Positions 1 through 11,949 of a DNA stretch of 64,000 bases are shown here, in pieces; the stretch's first letter is position 1, and each line of letters begins with the position of its first letter. Source of the stretch: Octopus sinensis (taxonomy: Eukaryota); contig NC_042997.1 in NCBI RefSeq assembly GCF_006345805.1, forward strand, positions 27,280,001-27,344,000. Reading direction: 5' to 3'. Below the pieces are notes generated by a model that was given only the letters and a program-made list of their open reading frames with translations, was not told where the DNA came from and did not search any database. A program made the position numbers and the translations under genes.

Positions 1-482
1 TTAAAGTCTATAGGTGATGATAAAGATGTATACCAAATTGGAGATAGTAAATTTGGCTATTTTAGCTTTTCATCTTCTGTAGCTCGAATGCTGATACTGG
101 CGCATATCTAAATCAGCCCCTGCGGTTCTAAGGTCCAATTCGTCATCCTGTCTTTCATCACTGACGATATTTAAAACCTCTCTGCTTGTCTCAGTGATGT
201 TCCACTAACATACAGAATGTGCTGGGAAGACACTTGAGGGTATAATTGTCTCAGTCTCAGTCATTGAATCACACCCTTTTGATCCGTACATATAGAAGAA
301 GAAGAAGAAGAAGAAGGAGGAGGAGGAGGAGAAGAAGAAGAAGAAGAAAACAGTATCAACAACAATAAAAAAGATTACCAAGTAACTTACTTTTGCTTTT
401 CGTTGCCTCATCTTAACATTGTTTAACCTTGTATCTCTCTCAATGTTACTTGCTCACACGCACACAAACACACACACACACG

Positions 483-528
<46 letters not shown>

Positions 529-673
529 AAGTAGCATTGATTTTCTTAGGTCGTTCAATTTACCTCAATTGATCAATAGACCATTTGAGTAAACCTATCA
601 GTAATGTACCTATAATGACTACTGGAATCAGCTATGAGACAAATTTGCTCTAATAAGTAATGGCCATTATTTT

Positions 674-780
674 TAAGTTGGGCAAGTGTCTTTTGCTATA
701 GCCTCGAGCCGACCAAAGCCTTGTGAGTGGATTTGGTAGACGGAAACTAAAAGAAGCCCGTCGTATATATGTATATATTA

Positions 781-846
<66 letters not shown>

Positions 847-1066
847 ATTTGTGTGTCTGTGTTTGTCCCCGTAACATCGCTAGACAACCGATGCTCTTGT
901 GTTTATGTCCCCGTAACTTAGCTGTTCGGCAAAAGAGATCGATAGTATAATTTCTAGGCTTACAAAGAATAAGTCATGGGGTCGATTTGCTCGTCTAAAG
1001 GCGGGGCTTCAGCATGGCCACGATCAAATGACTGAAACAAGTAAAAAAGTAAAAAGAGTAAAGAGT
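674..1066 (+). mobile_element. tRNA-derived SINE, group A, 5'-truncated, with internal (TA)n(TG)n
   Basis: TTGGGCAAGTGTCTT...GACGGAAACTAAAAGAAGCCCGTCG...CAGCATGGCC...GAAACAAGTAAAA-GAGTAAAAGAG, shared with copies at 6532, 7855, 27890, 58628. Confidence 0.85.
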
Positions 1067-1425
1067 TTATATATATATATATATATATAAAATTGAAATT
1101 GAAATTTACCAGCAATTCTATTTCATATCTGAGCTGCTGTACAATCCATTGTCACCCATCATATCAGCTCTATAAAACTGTTATAGAGTTAAGTGAAACA
1201 GCGAGGAGAAAACGTGTTACTTGTTTAAAAAGGTACCCGAGGAGACTCAATCTGTACATGTCATACAAAATAGTCAATTCCACAGTTGAATCGAAACAAT
1301 TCTAAAGGATTTCGACAAAGCATTTACTGTCTAAGATTATTCTTCATACATCTTTGTAAAGCAGTAAGTTGAAAGCCTACCGGAATGTACTTCGCCTTTC
1401 TTCCTTCCTGTATTTCAGTTATTGT

Positions 1426-1805
1426 GGAGGCGCAATGGCCCAGTGCTTAGGGCAGCGGACTCGCGGTCAAAGGATCGCGGTTTCGATTCCCAGACCGGGC
1501 GTTGTGAGTGTTTATTGAGCGAAAACACCTAAAGCTCCACAAGGCTCCGGCAGGGGATGGTGTTGATCCCTGCTGTACTCTTTCACCACAACTTTCTCTC
1601 ACTCTTACTTCCTGTTTCTGTTGTACCTGTATTTCAAAGGGCCGGTCTTGTCACTCTCTGTGTCACGCTGAATATCCCTGAGAACTACGTTAAGAGTACA
1701 CGTGTCTGTGGAGTGCTCAGCCACTTACACGTTAATTTCACGAGCAGGCTGTTCCGTTGATTCGGATCAACCGGAACCCTCGTCGTCGTAACCGACGGAG
1801 TGCTC
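1426..1805 (+). mobile_element. tRNA-derived SINE, group B, tail type 1, full length
   Basis: Head GGAGGCGCAATGGCCCAGTG...GTTTCGATTCCC (A/B-box-like); near-identical to 29408 and 30092; flanked by direct repeat ATTTCAGTTAT (1412-1422 / 1812-1822), a probable TSD. Confidence 0.9.
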
Positions 1806-3518
1806 TCATCCATTTCAGTTATAAGCAGCAGTTGAATAATGGGATCGGTCCACTCATAGATATGCGAAAGATACAAATCATTGTTATATGATTATCCTTT
1901 TAATATCTTCCGGCATTGTAGGGTGACCATACTGGGGCATACCTTAAAATGTTCTGGCCAACTATGTCAACCTATGACACATTACAGTTTAATATTTTAT
2001 CGGTCTCTCTCTCTACCTATAGGACGGTTAAGTATCTTTTTCACAGTATATGACACAGCGGTCTTTCGCAGATACAAGGACATAAATATTCATATATATA
2101 CACACTTTCACAAACACAACATACACGCAAAATTTAGCTTACACCCACATAGTCAAAGTCATAATTAAAGTTGATATTGTATACAAAATAATGGGGCTTT
2201 TTCAACCGTTTGTAATGTTTCCCCGAATATATGCCATGTGCTTTCTTATTAGTTCTTATTAGTGATTTGTTATTAGTTTTTATATTAGTTCGTATTTTTC
2301 TTTGGTTACTAATGATGAGGGATGAATATTTATCCTGCTTGCTTTTCGGAACCCCTTTATAAGTTGTGGTTGGGTTCAAACATTACATTAAAAACCAAAC
2401 TTTCCATAAATTGAATGTAATAACCTCAATGTACATACCCCTTGAAGCTTGATAATCCCTCAAGATGGCGAAAAATCGTATTTTAATATATAAATTGCAT
2501 AACTTTGAATGGGACTATATAAAAAACTATTACTGTAATCTATTAATAGGTATTTTGATATAAAATAAGCTTATTCTAATAAAACTTTTGCAAGATGACG
2601 GTCAAATTGCACTATTTAGATAGACAGATTTCACGGTATATCGGATAGGCGGCTTATTATATGCCATTTCATTTATGTCATATTTGCGAGGTTTAGAAGT
2701 TCAAATCTTTTAGTTAAGATGTGTTACAGAATGTTATAAGCCAAACGCTGAATTTATATGCCCCACCAGACATCCTCGTTTTTCAGGAAACCCATTGAAG
2801 TTTCAGCTGAAAAGTAAGTACAGAAACCACTAACATGTCCATCATATCACTTTTTCAGATATGGGGATTTTTTCTTGCATCCAATTAACTAGTGTGATCA
2901 TTTTACTTTCAGCAAATTAGTGATATTCTTCACATTCAAACACTAGACTAGATTAAAGGGTTTGTATTTAATTTGGACATAAGTTACTCTGGCAACTTGA
3001 AGTGTAACTTCAACAAGATCATCTGGTCGGAAAGAACTGGAAGACACTATCTATCAAGAAACTGCTGGATTTAAGAATGGAATCCTTCTGACACGTAAAT
3101 GTGTTATTGAAAATATGATTTATTTTTACTGCGGTTAGTTCGAGCTGGAAAATGTCAGCGGCCCAAGAATGCGGCTGCTTTATTGTTGGCAGACATTTTA
3201 CAAGAGTATTGGAACTTTTGCAATATTTATCCTCAAGCCGTTAGGTCTATCACACAAAAAAATTTAAATCTATATTCAGAATTCACTAATCTATTACAAT
3301 GCAGGAACAGAGAAAAAATTAGAAATATAGTGAACACGTGAAACGTGTGAATTTAACATGAATAGTGTAGTGTTCTTTGATGTGTTTTGTGATGATGAAT
3401 CTGTATGAAACAAAATTGAAACTTATTAAGGAGTGAAAATGACCGAAGAAGAATTGGCTTTTCTCAATGACCAGAAGAATGGAAAGAAAATGTTCTACGA
3501 ACAATTTGTAGATGAGAA

Positions 3519-4020
3519 GTGGATGAAATGGAAAGAAGGCAGGGAGATTTGCATGCTTTTGAACAGCGAAAAGAAAAGTCTGAAAAAGAGTTTCATTTGA
3601 CCCTAGAATCTGGAATGCTTTCTGAGTCTGTAAGTGCGAGTTCAAATCCGTGGATGGAAAACCAAACTGATTACCAAGAAAGTACAGATTCTGATAAGCC
3701 GTCTACATCTGCAGGGACCCGTAAGAAGAATCGTCAAACAAGGTCATCGTCACTTCCACAAGACAAATTGTTAGAATTTCAACACATTAGAAAGTATATT
3801 CGTGGTGTCCGATCAGAAGTTTATGAAACATTAGAATTTCTAAAATGTGTATACCCTATATCTCAGAAACAAGTGGGAGAGGCTTTGATAAATGTTGGAA
3901 GGCACATGGTCAAGTAAATTTCGCCGATCTAGACACCTTAACTGCCTTCAGATTTGGCAGTTGACGAAATCGTAGAAGAGATTTCTGGTAAAAAGTCAGT
4001 TGTTACTTATTCTGATGATG
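3519..4020 (+). pseudogene. Probable DNA-transposase remnant (family not assigned)
   Basis: Protein-like, non-repetitive ORF (KYIRGVRSEVYETLEFLKCVYPISQKQVGEALINVGRHM) continuing in another frame as EIVEEISGKKSVVTYSDDG, then cut by a different repeat; resemblance to invertebrate transposase-like proteins is from memory only. Confidence 0.35.
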
Positions 4021-4028
4021 GAAGGCTT

Positions 4029-4930
4029 CGAATGTCCCGTCCGTGTTTTTTGTATCTTCTTCTAAATGTTTTACGTTCTTGTCCCAGTTTGTATTTTTCT
4101 ACATATAATATATATAGCGGCGTCCTCTTTGGCCTTATGTAAGTACATATTCTTTTAAATTTGGTACGACTCTATAACACTGTCTCTCTCTCCTACATTT
4201 CTCTGCCTTTCACACTTTGCACTCTAGTTTGATCTGTCTCTTTCTATCTCTCTCTCTACTTTTCCTTCTCCTTTTCTCTTTTCTTGCCTCTGATTCTTTG
4301 GTCTCCTCTTCCCCCACTCTCTCACATTTCTCTGTCTTTCTCACTTTGCACCTCACTGATTCTGTCGCCAAGCCAATCCTTGGCACGCTCTCTTTCTTCT
4401 CCCCTCTTTAATTCCTTCTTTCTCTCTCTTCTCCTCCTTTGGTGACTTCGTCCCTCTTTCTCTCTCTCTCTCTTTGATTCCTTTGCCCCCTTTTTTCTCT
4501 CTCTTCTCCTCTCACGTGACTGCTGGTCAACAAGCCTTTCGGCTTATAACCAGCGCCACGAGAACATCGTTGTCTTCGTCTGCCAAAAAAGGCATTTTTT
4601 TCCAAATACGCCAACTAAAACTAGTTGTACTGTCTATAGTCGTAAGACACCCGCTGTTTTTGTCCTGTTATTACTATTATTGTTTTTTTGTATTTATATT
4701 CGTGTGGCATCGTCCGTTTTTCTGTCCTTGTTTCGTATACATTCGATCCCTTTTCCAAGAAATCTAATGATCGTGGCTTAGTTTTTCCTTGGGGCTGGCC
4801 GGATCGGAGCGATCTCAAGATTAATCAGCCGAAATTGCGAGGATGATCCGGTTCTTGACTGAAGATTGTGTTTTTGTATCGTCTTCTAAATGTTTTACGT
4901 TCTGTCCCAGTTTGTATTTTTCTACATATA

Positions 4931-4935
<5 letters not shown>
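4029..4935. repeat. Interspersed repeat unit with ~68-bp terminal direct repeat and CT-rich middle
   Basis: TTTTGTATC.TCTTCTAAATGTTTTACGTTCT(T)GTCCCAGTTTGTATTTTTCTACATATAATATATA at ~4047-4114 and ~4869-4935. Confidence 0.55.
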
Positions 4936-4991
<56 letters not shown>

Positions 4992-5103
4992 CATTTATAT
5001 ATACATATATACATACATATATACATACATATATATATATCTATATATATAATACATATATATACATATATACATGCATATACATATACATACATATATA
5101 TAT

Positions 5104-5169
<66 letters not shown>

Positions 5170-5800
5170 GACAAGAAAATATGTTTACCTCTTTTTATGG
5201 TTTATGGCGACAAAAGGGTTTACAGGACTTCAAAAAGGAATTACTGAAATGAAATTGAGACACAGACAAGAACATTGATTAGAGAAGCATGCATCAAATT
5301 CGAGTCAGCGACTGTATATAACACTACACTTCCGAACATCATGATAAGGGTGTCATTGCCGAGAGGCATTTTAAATCATAAACGGACCGAAATGGCCCTA
5401 GATGTGTTTTGACTTAATTTTGTGGAACTCTCTTACACTCCTTGGTCTTCAACCTACCGTGTTTTTTTATGAAATGAACTATGTTGCTATATTTTTAATT
5501 GAAGGGAGTAAAGACTGTTTTTAGTTGATTGATATTTTTTAGTTTTTTAATCGCTTGACACGCTTTAGTAATTCATTTTGATTACTTCTTTTAGTCGATT
5601 ATATATACCTTTTCTTGAGAGGCCTTCCTATATATTTTGTATTTTCATGTGCATATATATTTTTTACATTCTCTGATTCTTTATATATGTATTCCTTTTA
5701 TATGTTAAATGCCATGGTAAAGTTTATATATGATCAAATGTAAGAAAGCGGGGTGTTACGTAAAGTCGTTGACTCGAATTTGAAGCTTGTGCTCTAATCA

Positions 5801-5847
<47 letters not shown>

Positions 5848-6010
5848 ACATAAATATATATACATAAATATAAAAAATATGAGGTGTTTCGTTCACAGTT
5901 GATCTGAACGAGTAGGTACGCTAAGTGCTGTAAATGGTCATCCATTAGGTTCCAAGTTCACAGCTGGGGCTAGAGCTAGGGATCCGTATTAGGCTTCGGG
6001 TTAGCAGGTG

Positions 6011-6466
6011 TATATTAGAGGAAAAGGACAACAAAACCGAGGTAGGACACGTATCTCAAGTCATTTAGAATATTTAAAATATTTAATTAGGTTAAGGTGA
6101 ATTTGAAGTCATACAGATGTAGTGACAGGCTAACATGTCCGTACACTGGGTATTCTATCATTAGAGACAAGTTGAGTATGTGTGAAAAATCTAGACTGGA
6201 AAATTCACAGGATAGTAGATAGAAGGATAGTAGATAGAAGAATTTACTTCTGTGAATTTTCTTGTCTAGATCTTTCATACATATTCAACTTGTCTCTGAT
6301 GACAGGATATCCAGTGTATGGACATGCTAGCCTATCACTTGGGATATCCTAGAAACAGCTGTAAGACTTCAAATTCACCTCACCCTAATTAAATACTCTA
6401 AGTATTCTAAATGATTAGAGATACCTGTCCTGCCTTAACTTTTGTTGTCCTTTTTCTCGAATATAA
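6011..6466. repeat. Diverged inverted repeat (~200-bp arms, ~30-bp spacer), PLE-terminus-like
   Basis: 6011-6215 (TATATTAGAGGAAAAGGACAACAAAA...AAAATTCACAG) is the reverse complement of ~6245-6466 at roughly 80-85% identity by eye; left arm lacks ~15 nt; spacer is GGATAGTAGATAGAA x2. Confidence 0.85.
6292..6367 (+). ncRNA. Type I hammerhead ribozyme with extended stem II
   Basis: GTCT-CTGATGA-[C]AGGATATCC...GGATATCCT[A]-GAAAC-AGCT-GTA-AGAC: stem I GTCT/AGAC, intact core, 9-bp stem II, palindromic stem III ACAGCTGT, GUA cleavage triplet. Confidence 0.8.
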
Positions 6467-6531
6467 TACACACACATACTTATATATACATATTTACATA
6501 CATACACACACACACATATATATATATATCT

Positions 6532-6986
6532 GCGCAGGAGTGGCTGTGTGGTAAGTAGCTTGTTTACCAACCACATGGTTCCAGTTTCATTCCCACTGTG
6601 TGGCACCTCGGGCAAGTGTCTTCTACTAGAGCCCCGGGCGAACGAAAGCCTTGTGAGTGGATTTGGTAGACGGAAACTAAAAGAAGCCCGTCGTATATAT
6701 GTTTATATATATTTATATATATATATATAAAATAACAAAGGGTAAAATTAATTAATTAAGAAGTAATCAGTAATTTCACCAAGTAGAATTCGGCATGAAA
6801 AAGACCAGTTCATAGTAAGCTTAAGTAATACTTTATAATTAGGGATCAGCAAAGATTTGCTTCACCACATACCGAAGTTTAGAAATAGCAGTCAAAAAGG
6901 AATAGCGAAGATTTTTTTGACTGCTATATCTAAACTTCGGTATGTGGTGAAGCAAATCTTTGCTGAACCCTAATTATCAAGTATAT

Positions 6987-7056
<70 letters not shown>

Positions 7057-7300
7057 TTGTGTGTCTGTGTTTCTCCCACCAACATCGCTTGTTTTTGCCT
7101 GCGTTTGTCCCCTCCCCAACATCGCTTGACAACCGATGCTGGTGTGTTTACGTCTCCCGTAAATTAGCGGTTCGGCAAAAGAGGTCGATAGAATAAGTAC
7201 TCGGCTTACAAAGTATAAATACTGGGATCGATTTCCTCGACTAAAGGCGGTACTCCAGCATGGCCGCAATCAAATGACTGAAACGAGTAAAGAGTAAAGA
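6532..7300 (+). mobile_element. SINE group A, full length, interrupted by a ~250-bp insertion in its central TA tract
   Basis: Head GCGCAGGAGTGGCTGTGTGGTAAG at 6532; body resumes after (TG)n at ~7050 and ends GAAACGAGTAAAGAG. Confidence 0.8.
6828..6983. repeat. Near-perfect ~70-bp-arm hairpin
   Basis: ATAATTAGGGATCAGCAAAGATTTGCTTCACCACATACCGAAGTTTAGAAATAGCAGTCAAAAA (6835-6898) pairs with 6914-6977 with ~2 mismatches; 15-nt loop. Confidence 0.9.
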
Positions 7301-7362
7301 TATATATACAGATAGACAGGCAGGCAGACAGACAGGCGACAAACAGACAGACAGGAAGATAT

Positions 7363-7435
<73 letters not shown>

Positions 7436-7854
7436 GTCTATGTCGGTCACTCGCAAGTGAATATGAACTCATAGTCACGCATTTGCTTAGTTTTTCCTAT
7501 ACGTAGCTAGTTACTAAAAGACAAGTGCTTTCGAGTAGTGAGAGTATAGAAGAAGGCAACAGTTTACGATATACTAGTTTAAATACCTTCAACACAGTTT
7601 TTGTGTTTTCCAATGAATAACATCAAGTGTCAGTGCAGTGGTGAAAAGAGCAGCAGGAAATATTAGCAATCATTTTCACTGATACCGTTGAGCAAATCCC
7701 ATGTGCAAGGCGTTTGTCAGGTTAAGGTCATTATAGAAGACGTCTATGATACAGCATTGCAGTTCTAAAATAACATAAATCCAGGGACATATATAGGAAG
7801 TCAGATTCGTAACAACACGACATTCATGTGACACGGTTATTTTTGCTAAACAGA

Positions 7855-8275
7855 GCGCAGGAGTGGCTGTGTGGTAAGTAGCTTGCTTACCAACCACATG
7901 GTTCCGGGTTCATTCCCACTGCGTGCCACCGTGGGCAAGTGTCTTCTACCATAGCCTTGGGCCGACCAAAGCCTTGTTAGTGGATTTGGTAGATGGAAAC
8001 TGAAAGAAGCCCGTCGTATATATGTATGTATATATATATATGTATGTGTGTATATATGTTTGTGTCTCTTTGTTTGTCCCCCGACACCGCTTGACAGCCG
8101 TTGCTGGTGTGTTTACGTCTGCGTAACTTAGCGGTTCGGCAAAAGCGACCGATAGAGTAAGTAGTAGGCTTACAAAGAATAAGTCGTGGGGTCGATTTGA
8201 TCGACTAAAGGTGATGCTCCAGCATGGCCGCAGTCAAATGACTGAAACAAGTAAAAGAGTAAAAGAGTAAAGAGA
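7855..8275 (+). mobile_element. SINE group A, full length
   Basis: Head GCGCAGGAGTGGCTGTGTGG through tail GAAACAAGTAAAAGAGTAAAAGAG. Confidence 0.9.
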
Positions 8276-8703
8276 GATAGTACAATTGGATCGGAGGAGC
8301 GTCTTGCATGATGCTTTACCGTAACTTACTGGATTTCCTTTCTTCCTTCCGGATCTATGACAGACACCAATTTAAATGATAGGATCGGTTCACTCAAAGA
8401 TATACGAAAGATAAAGATCGTTTTGTATGTTTTATTCTTTTACTAGTTTCCGGTATTGTAGCGTGGCCATGCTGGAACATAGTTTTAAAGTGTTTTTGCC
8501 AGCCATGTCGACTCTATTACAAATTATAGTTTGGTAATTATATTATCGGTCTCTATCTATTTACAGGACGGCTAAGATACAACACAGCTAGACGCAATCT
8601 TTCCCAATACACTTAGAGAAATACACACACACATACACACAAGCATTCATATATATATATATGTATGTGTGTATGTGTATGTGTGCGTATGTCTATAGAT
8701 GTA

Positions 8704-8844
8704 TTCGTGGCTGTGTATTAAGACGTCTGCCTCGCAACCACGTTGTTCCGTGTTCTGTATTACCGCGTTACAATTTAGGCAAGTGTCTTCTATAGACTTG
8801 GATCGACCAAAGCTTTGTGAATGGATTCAGTAGACAGAAACTGA
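8704..8844 (+). mobile_element. Degenerate SINE group A 5' half, cut by the downstream palindrome
   Basis: GTGGCTGTGT...GGCAAGTGTCTTCTATAG...GACCAAAGCTTTGTG...GTAGACAGAAACTGAA. Confidence 0.6.
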
Positions 8845-9521
8845 ATTTTTAAGTATTACTTTTTAAGGTAAGAAACCCACCAGCAATCTAATATCAGTAA
8901 TAGTCAATATCTAATTACATAAATATTTTACAAAAAAAACTATTATATTATTAAAAATATAAAATTTAAATAATATATAAATTATCAATGAAAATATATA
9001 AATGTATATAAATATTATAATTAAGATCTAAAATAATCTCTATAAATAAATATATATGCACATATAATAATGACCTAATAAATTAATTTTTCATATTTAA
9101 AGATGAAATAGCTAATTTCAAAAATACAAACAGACAATCTTAAACGAACGCTATAGCAAATTTACTATCTTTATATCTCGTTGGCTGAATAATAACTTTT
9201 AGCAATCCTATATTTAAAAAACTTAAAGAAATAATCAATTCGTAGTTATATAGTATCAAATAAATACTATAAATATATTTATCAATGGGAATAATATATA
9301 TATGTGCATATATATATATTTATAGAGATTATTTTAGATCTTAATTATAATATTTATATACATTTATATATTTTCATTGATAATTTATATATTACTTAAA
9401 TTTTATATTTTTAATTATATAATAGTTTTTTTTGTAAAATATTTATGTAATTAGATATTGACTATTACTGATATTAGATTGCTGGTGGGTTTCTTACCTT
9501 AAAATGTAATACTTAAAAATT
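8844..9521. repeat. Inverted repeat, ~225-bp AT-rich arms, ~230-bp spacer; part of a PLE-like 3' fragment
   Basis: 8844-9066 (…AAGGTAAGAAACCCACCAGCAATCTAATATCAG…) is the reverse complement of ~9298-9521 with few mismatches. Confidence 0.9.
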
Positions 9522-9680
9522 AAAATTAATATTTAACATTATAATCGATGTTTTCATATAATCATAATCGTCAAGTTTCTAGTTTGATAATAGAGTTTTT
9601 TATAAGTAAAATTACTATATTATTTATTTCTTTAAAATATTGTTTAAATATTTCTGATTATTTATTAAAATATTACAATT

Positions 9681-9776
9681 AACCTGAAGATTGACTGTAA
9701 CCATAATTCGAATTATTAATTGAATTTAAATTATTGTTATTCGAATTGGTTACGGGCATGAAACAATCGTAGTGTT
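9681..9776 (+). ncRNA. Type I hammerhead ribozyme candidate with very long stem II (partly decayed)
   Basis: CTGAAGA(9684)-TTGACTGTAACC-ATAATTCGAAT...ATTCGAATT-GGTTACGGGCAT-GAAAC(9760)-AATC-GTA; core intact; stem I weak and two mismatches in stem II. Confidence 0.6.
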
Positions 9777-10226
9777 TTTACTCTTTATCTTATATCAAAC
9801 TTTTAATACTTTTTGATAGTTATATAATTTTTTTTTTAAATAAATAAAAATAAAAAATAAATTTTTTTTTTAATTAAAAAAATTAAAAAATTAAAATAAA
9901 TAAAGAAATAAATCAAATAAAATAATGATAATAAATATATATATATATATTTAAAATTTATATGTTTAAATTATTTAAATAATTTTTTAAATTTTAGCTT
10001 TAATTTAAATATTTTAATTTGGAATTTTATTATTTTTTTTATTTAATTTTTTTTTCTTCTATGTATTGGCTTATGATTTTCACAGTTTGGTTTGCCTAAT
10101 AGTGGTTTTATCTCTAATTTAATATAATATATATTTATACTATGAAATTAGATTTAATCCTAAATCTAATTTTTCCCTGTAAGTTTGGATTTACTCCCTA
10201 ATATTATATATATATATATAGATAGG

Positions 10227-10316
<90 letters not shown>

Positions 10317-10317
10317 T

Positions 10318-10790
10318 GTTTCTTTATTACCCACACAGGGCTGCACACAGACGGGACAGGTTACAAAGTAGAGCTTTTCTTTTTTGGGGAATGAAAAAAA
10401 CGATCAATAGGGATCGTGTATCACAGTGTCATGATGTAAGGTGTAAAGGAGGAAGCAGATAAGGTTTATCTGTGGGAAGAAAAGCCTACGGAAAAGACCA
10501 CGGTAGCTTCGGTAAATATTGTTACATGTTACCACATTTGTTTGCGAGTGGGTAACCCTCTGTTTTAAATTTCCGGTTTCATTTGATTATGCTCAAGGTG
10601 GCTTCGTCATTCATACGTGCCATTCTTGCTACATTCACCTATCTTTTTTTAAAACATTCGCTAGACAAAACGTGCCTCTTTACTTTCACTTTCCTTTTCA
10701 AGTGATACATGAAGAAGTTGATGAGAGATTGACCAGAGACGAAAGCGTTTGTCTCCAATCCTTTTTCAGACGCGTCCACCAGAAATATAT
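10318..10790 (-). mobile_element. 3' end of a LINE, Tx1/L1-like (tentative)
   Basis: Minus-strand decayed reading FFMYHLKRKVKVKRHVLSSECFKKR*VNVARMARMNDEATLS, then a pyrimidine-rich 3' UTR ending GTGGGTAATAAAGAAA at a (GATA)n tract. Confidence 0.4.
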
Positions 10791-11204
10791 ATATATTATA
10801 TATATATATATATTAGAAGAAATAAGGTACTCAGAAATCTAGATGGTTTTATATTTACAGATATTTATTAATATGTCACATGTTTTTATAAATCATATAT
10901 TAGCGCTTGCGTCCACTCTTGTGGAGTTTTCAGATCCAATAGATCAGAAGATTCCAATTGAGTGGACACAAAGTCAGCAGCAAGCTGCACAGCTACAAAG
11001 TGAAATTGACTGTTTATAAATATATATATATATATATATTTGTAACCAGGTGTTTAAATTCGTAAATACGTTTTTTTTTCTTAACTACAAATTAGTATAT
11101 AACCAAATAACCACTCGTTTATAAACAAACAACCAAATAGCCAAACACTCATACTCATAAGATAGAATATATCGATATATACACTTCTTTTATATCTTCA
11201 GATA

Positions 11205-11865
11205 TCCTATTTCTTTACTACCCACAAGGGGCTAAACACAGAGAGGACAAACAAGGACAGACAAATGAATTAAGTCGATTATATCGACTCCAGTGCGTAA
11301 CTGGTATTTAATTTATTGATCCTGAAAGGATGAAAGGCAAAGTTGACCTTGACGGAATTTGAACTCAGAACGTAACGGCAGATGATATACCTATTTCTTT
11401 ACTACCCACAAGGGGCTAAACACAGAGGGGACAAACAAAGACAGACAAACGGATTAAGTCGATTACATCGACCCCAGTGCGTAACTGGTACTTAATCTAT
11501 GGACCCCGAAAGGATGAAAGGTAAAGTCGACCTCGGCGGAATTTGAACTCAGAACATAACGGCAGACGAAATACGGCTACGCATTTCGCCCAGCGTTCTA
11601 ACGATTCTGCCAGCTCGCCGCCTTTGATGAAATACCTATTTCTTTATTACCCACAAGGGGCTAAACACAGAGGGGACAAAAAAGGACAGACATAGGTATT
11701 AAGTCGATTACATCGACTCCAGTGCGTAACTGGTACTTAGTTTATCGACCCCGAAAGGATGAAAGGCAAAGTCGACCTCGGCGAAATTTGAACTCACAAC
11801 GTAACGCAGACGAAATACCGCTAGGCATTTCGCCCGGCGTGCTAACGGTTCTGCCAGCTCGCCTT
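11205..11865 (-). mobile_element. Three head-to-tail copies of SINE group C
   Basis: Unit ATACCTATTTCTTTA(C/T)TACCCACAAGGGGCTAAACACAGAG...GAAAGGATGAAAGGCAAAGTCGACCTCGGCG...CTGCCAGCTCGCC repeated at ~11205, ~11390, ~11635; the first copy lacks its head. Confidence 0.9.
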
Positions 11866-11949
11866 CAGATAACCAAAGCCTCACACACATAGGAAAGGAT
11901 GTATATATATATATATATCTGAAACAAAACAAAACCAAGGAAAAATCAA

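Noticed and set aside
1426-1500. tRNA-like sequences at SINE heads
   Set aside because: No proper acceptor stem or 3' end; each continues into a SINE body, several with TSDs
4007-4040. CTGATGA at 4010 (and CTGAAGA at 4859) as hammerhead cores
   Set aside because: No downstream stem II-GAAA arrangement
9780-10160. Extremely AT-rich tract as a mitochondrial insertion
   Set aside because: No recognisable mitochondrial gene, tRNA or rRNA motif; consistent with low-complexity sequence
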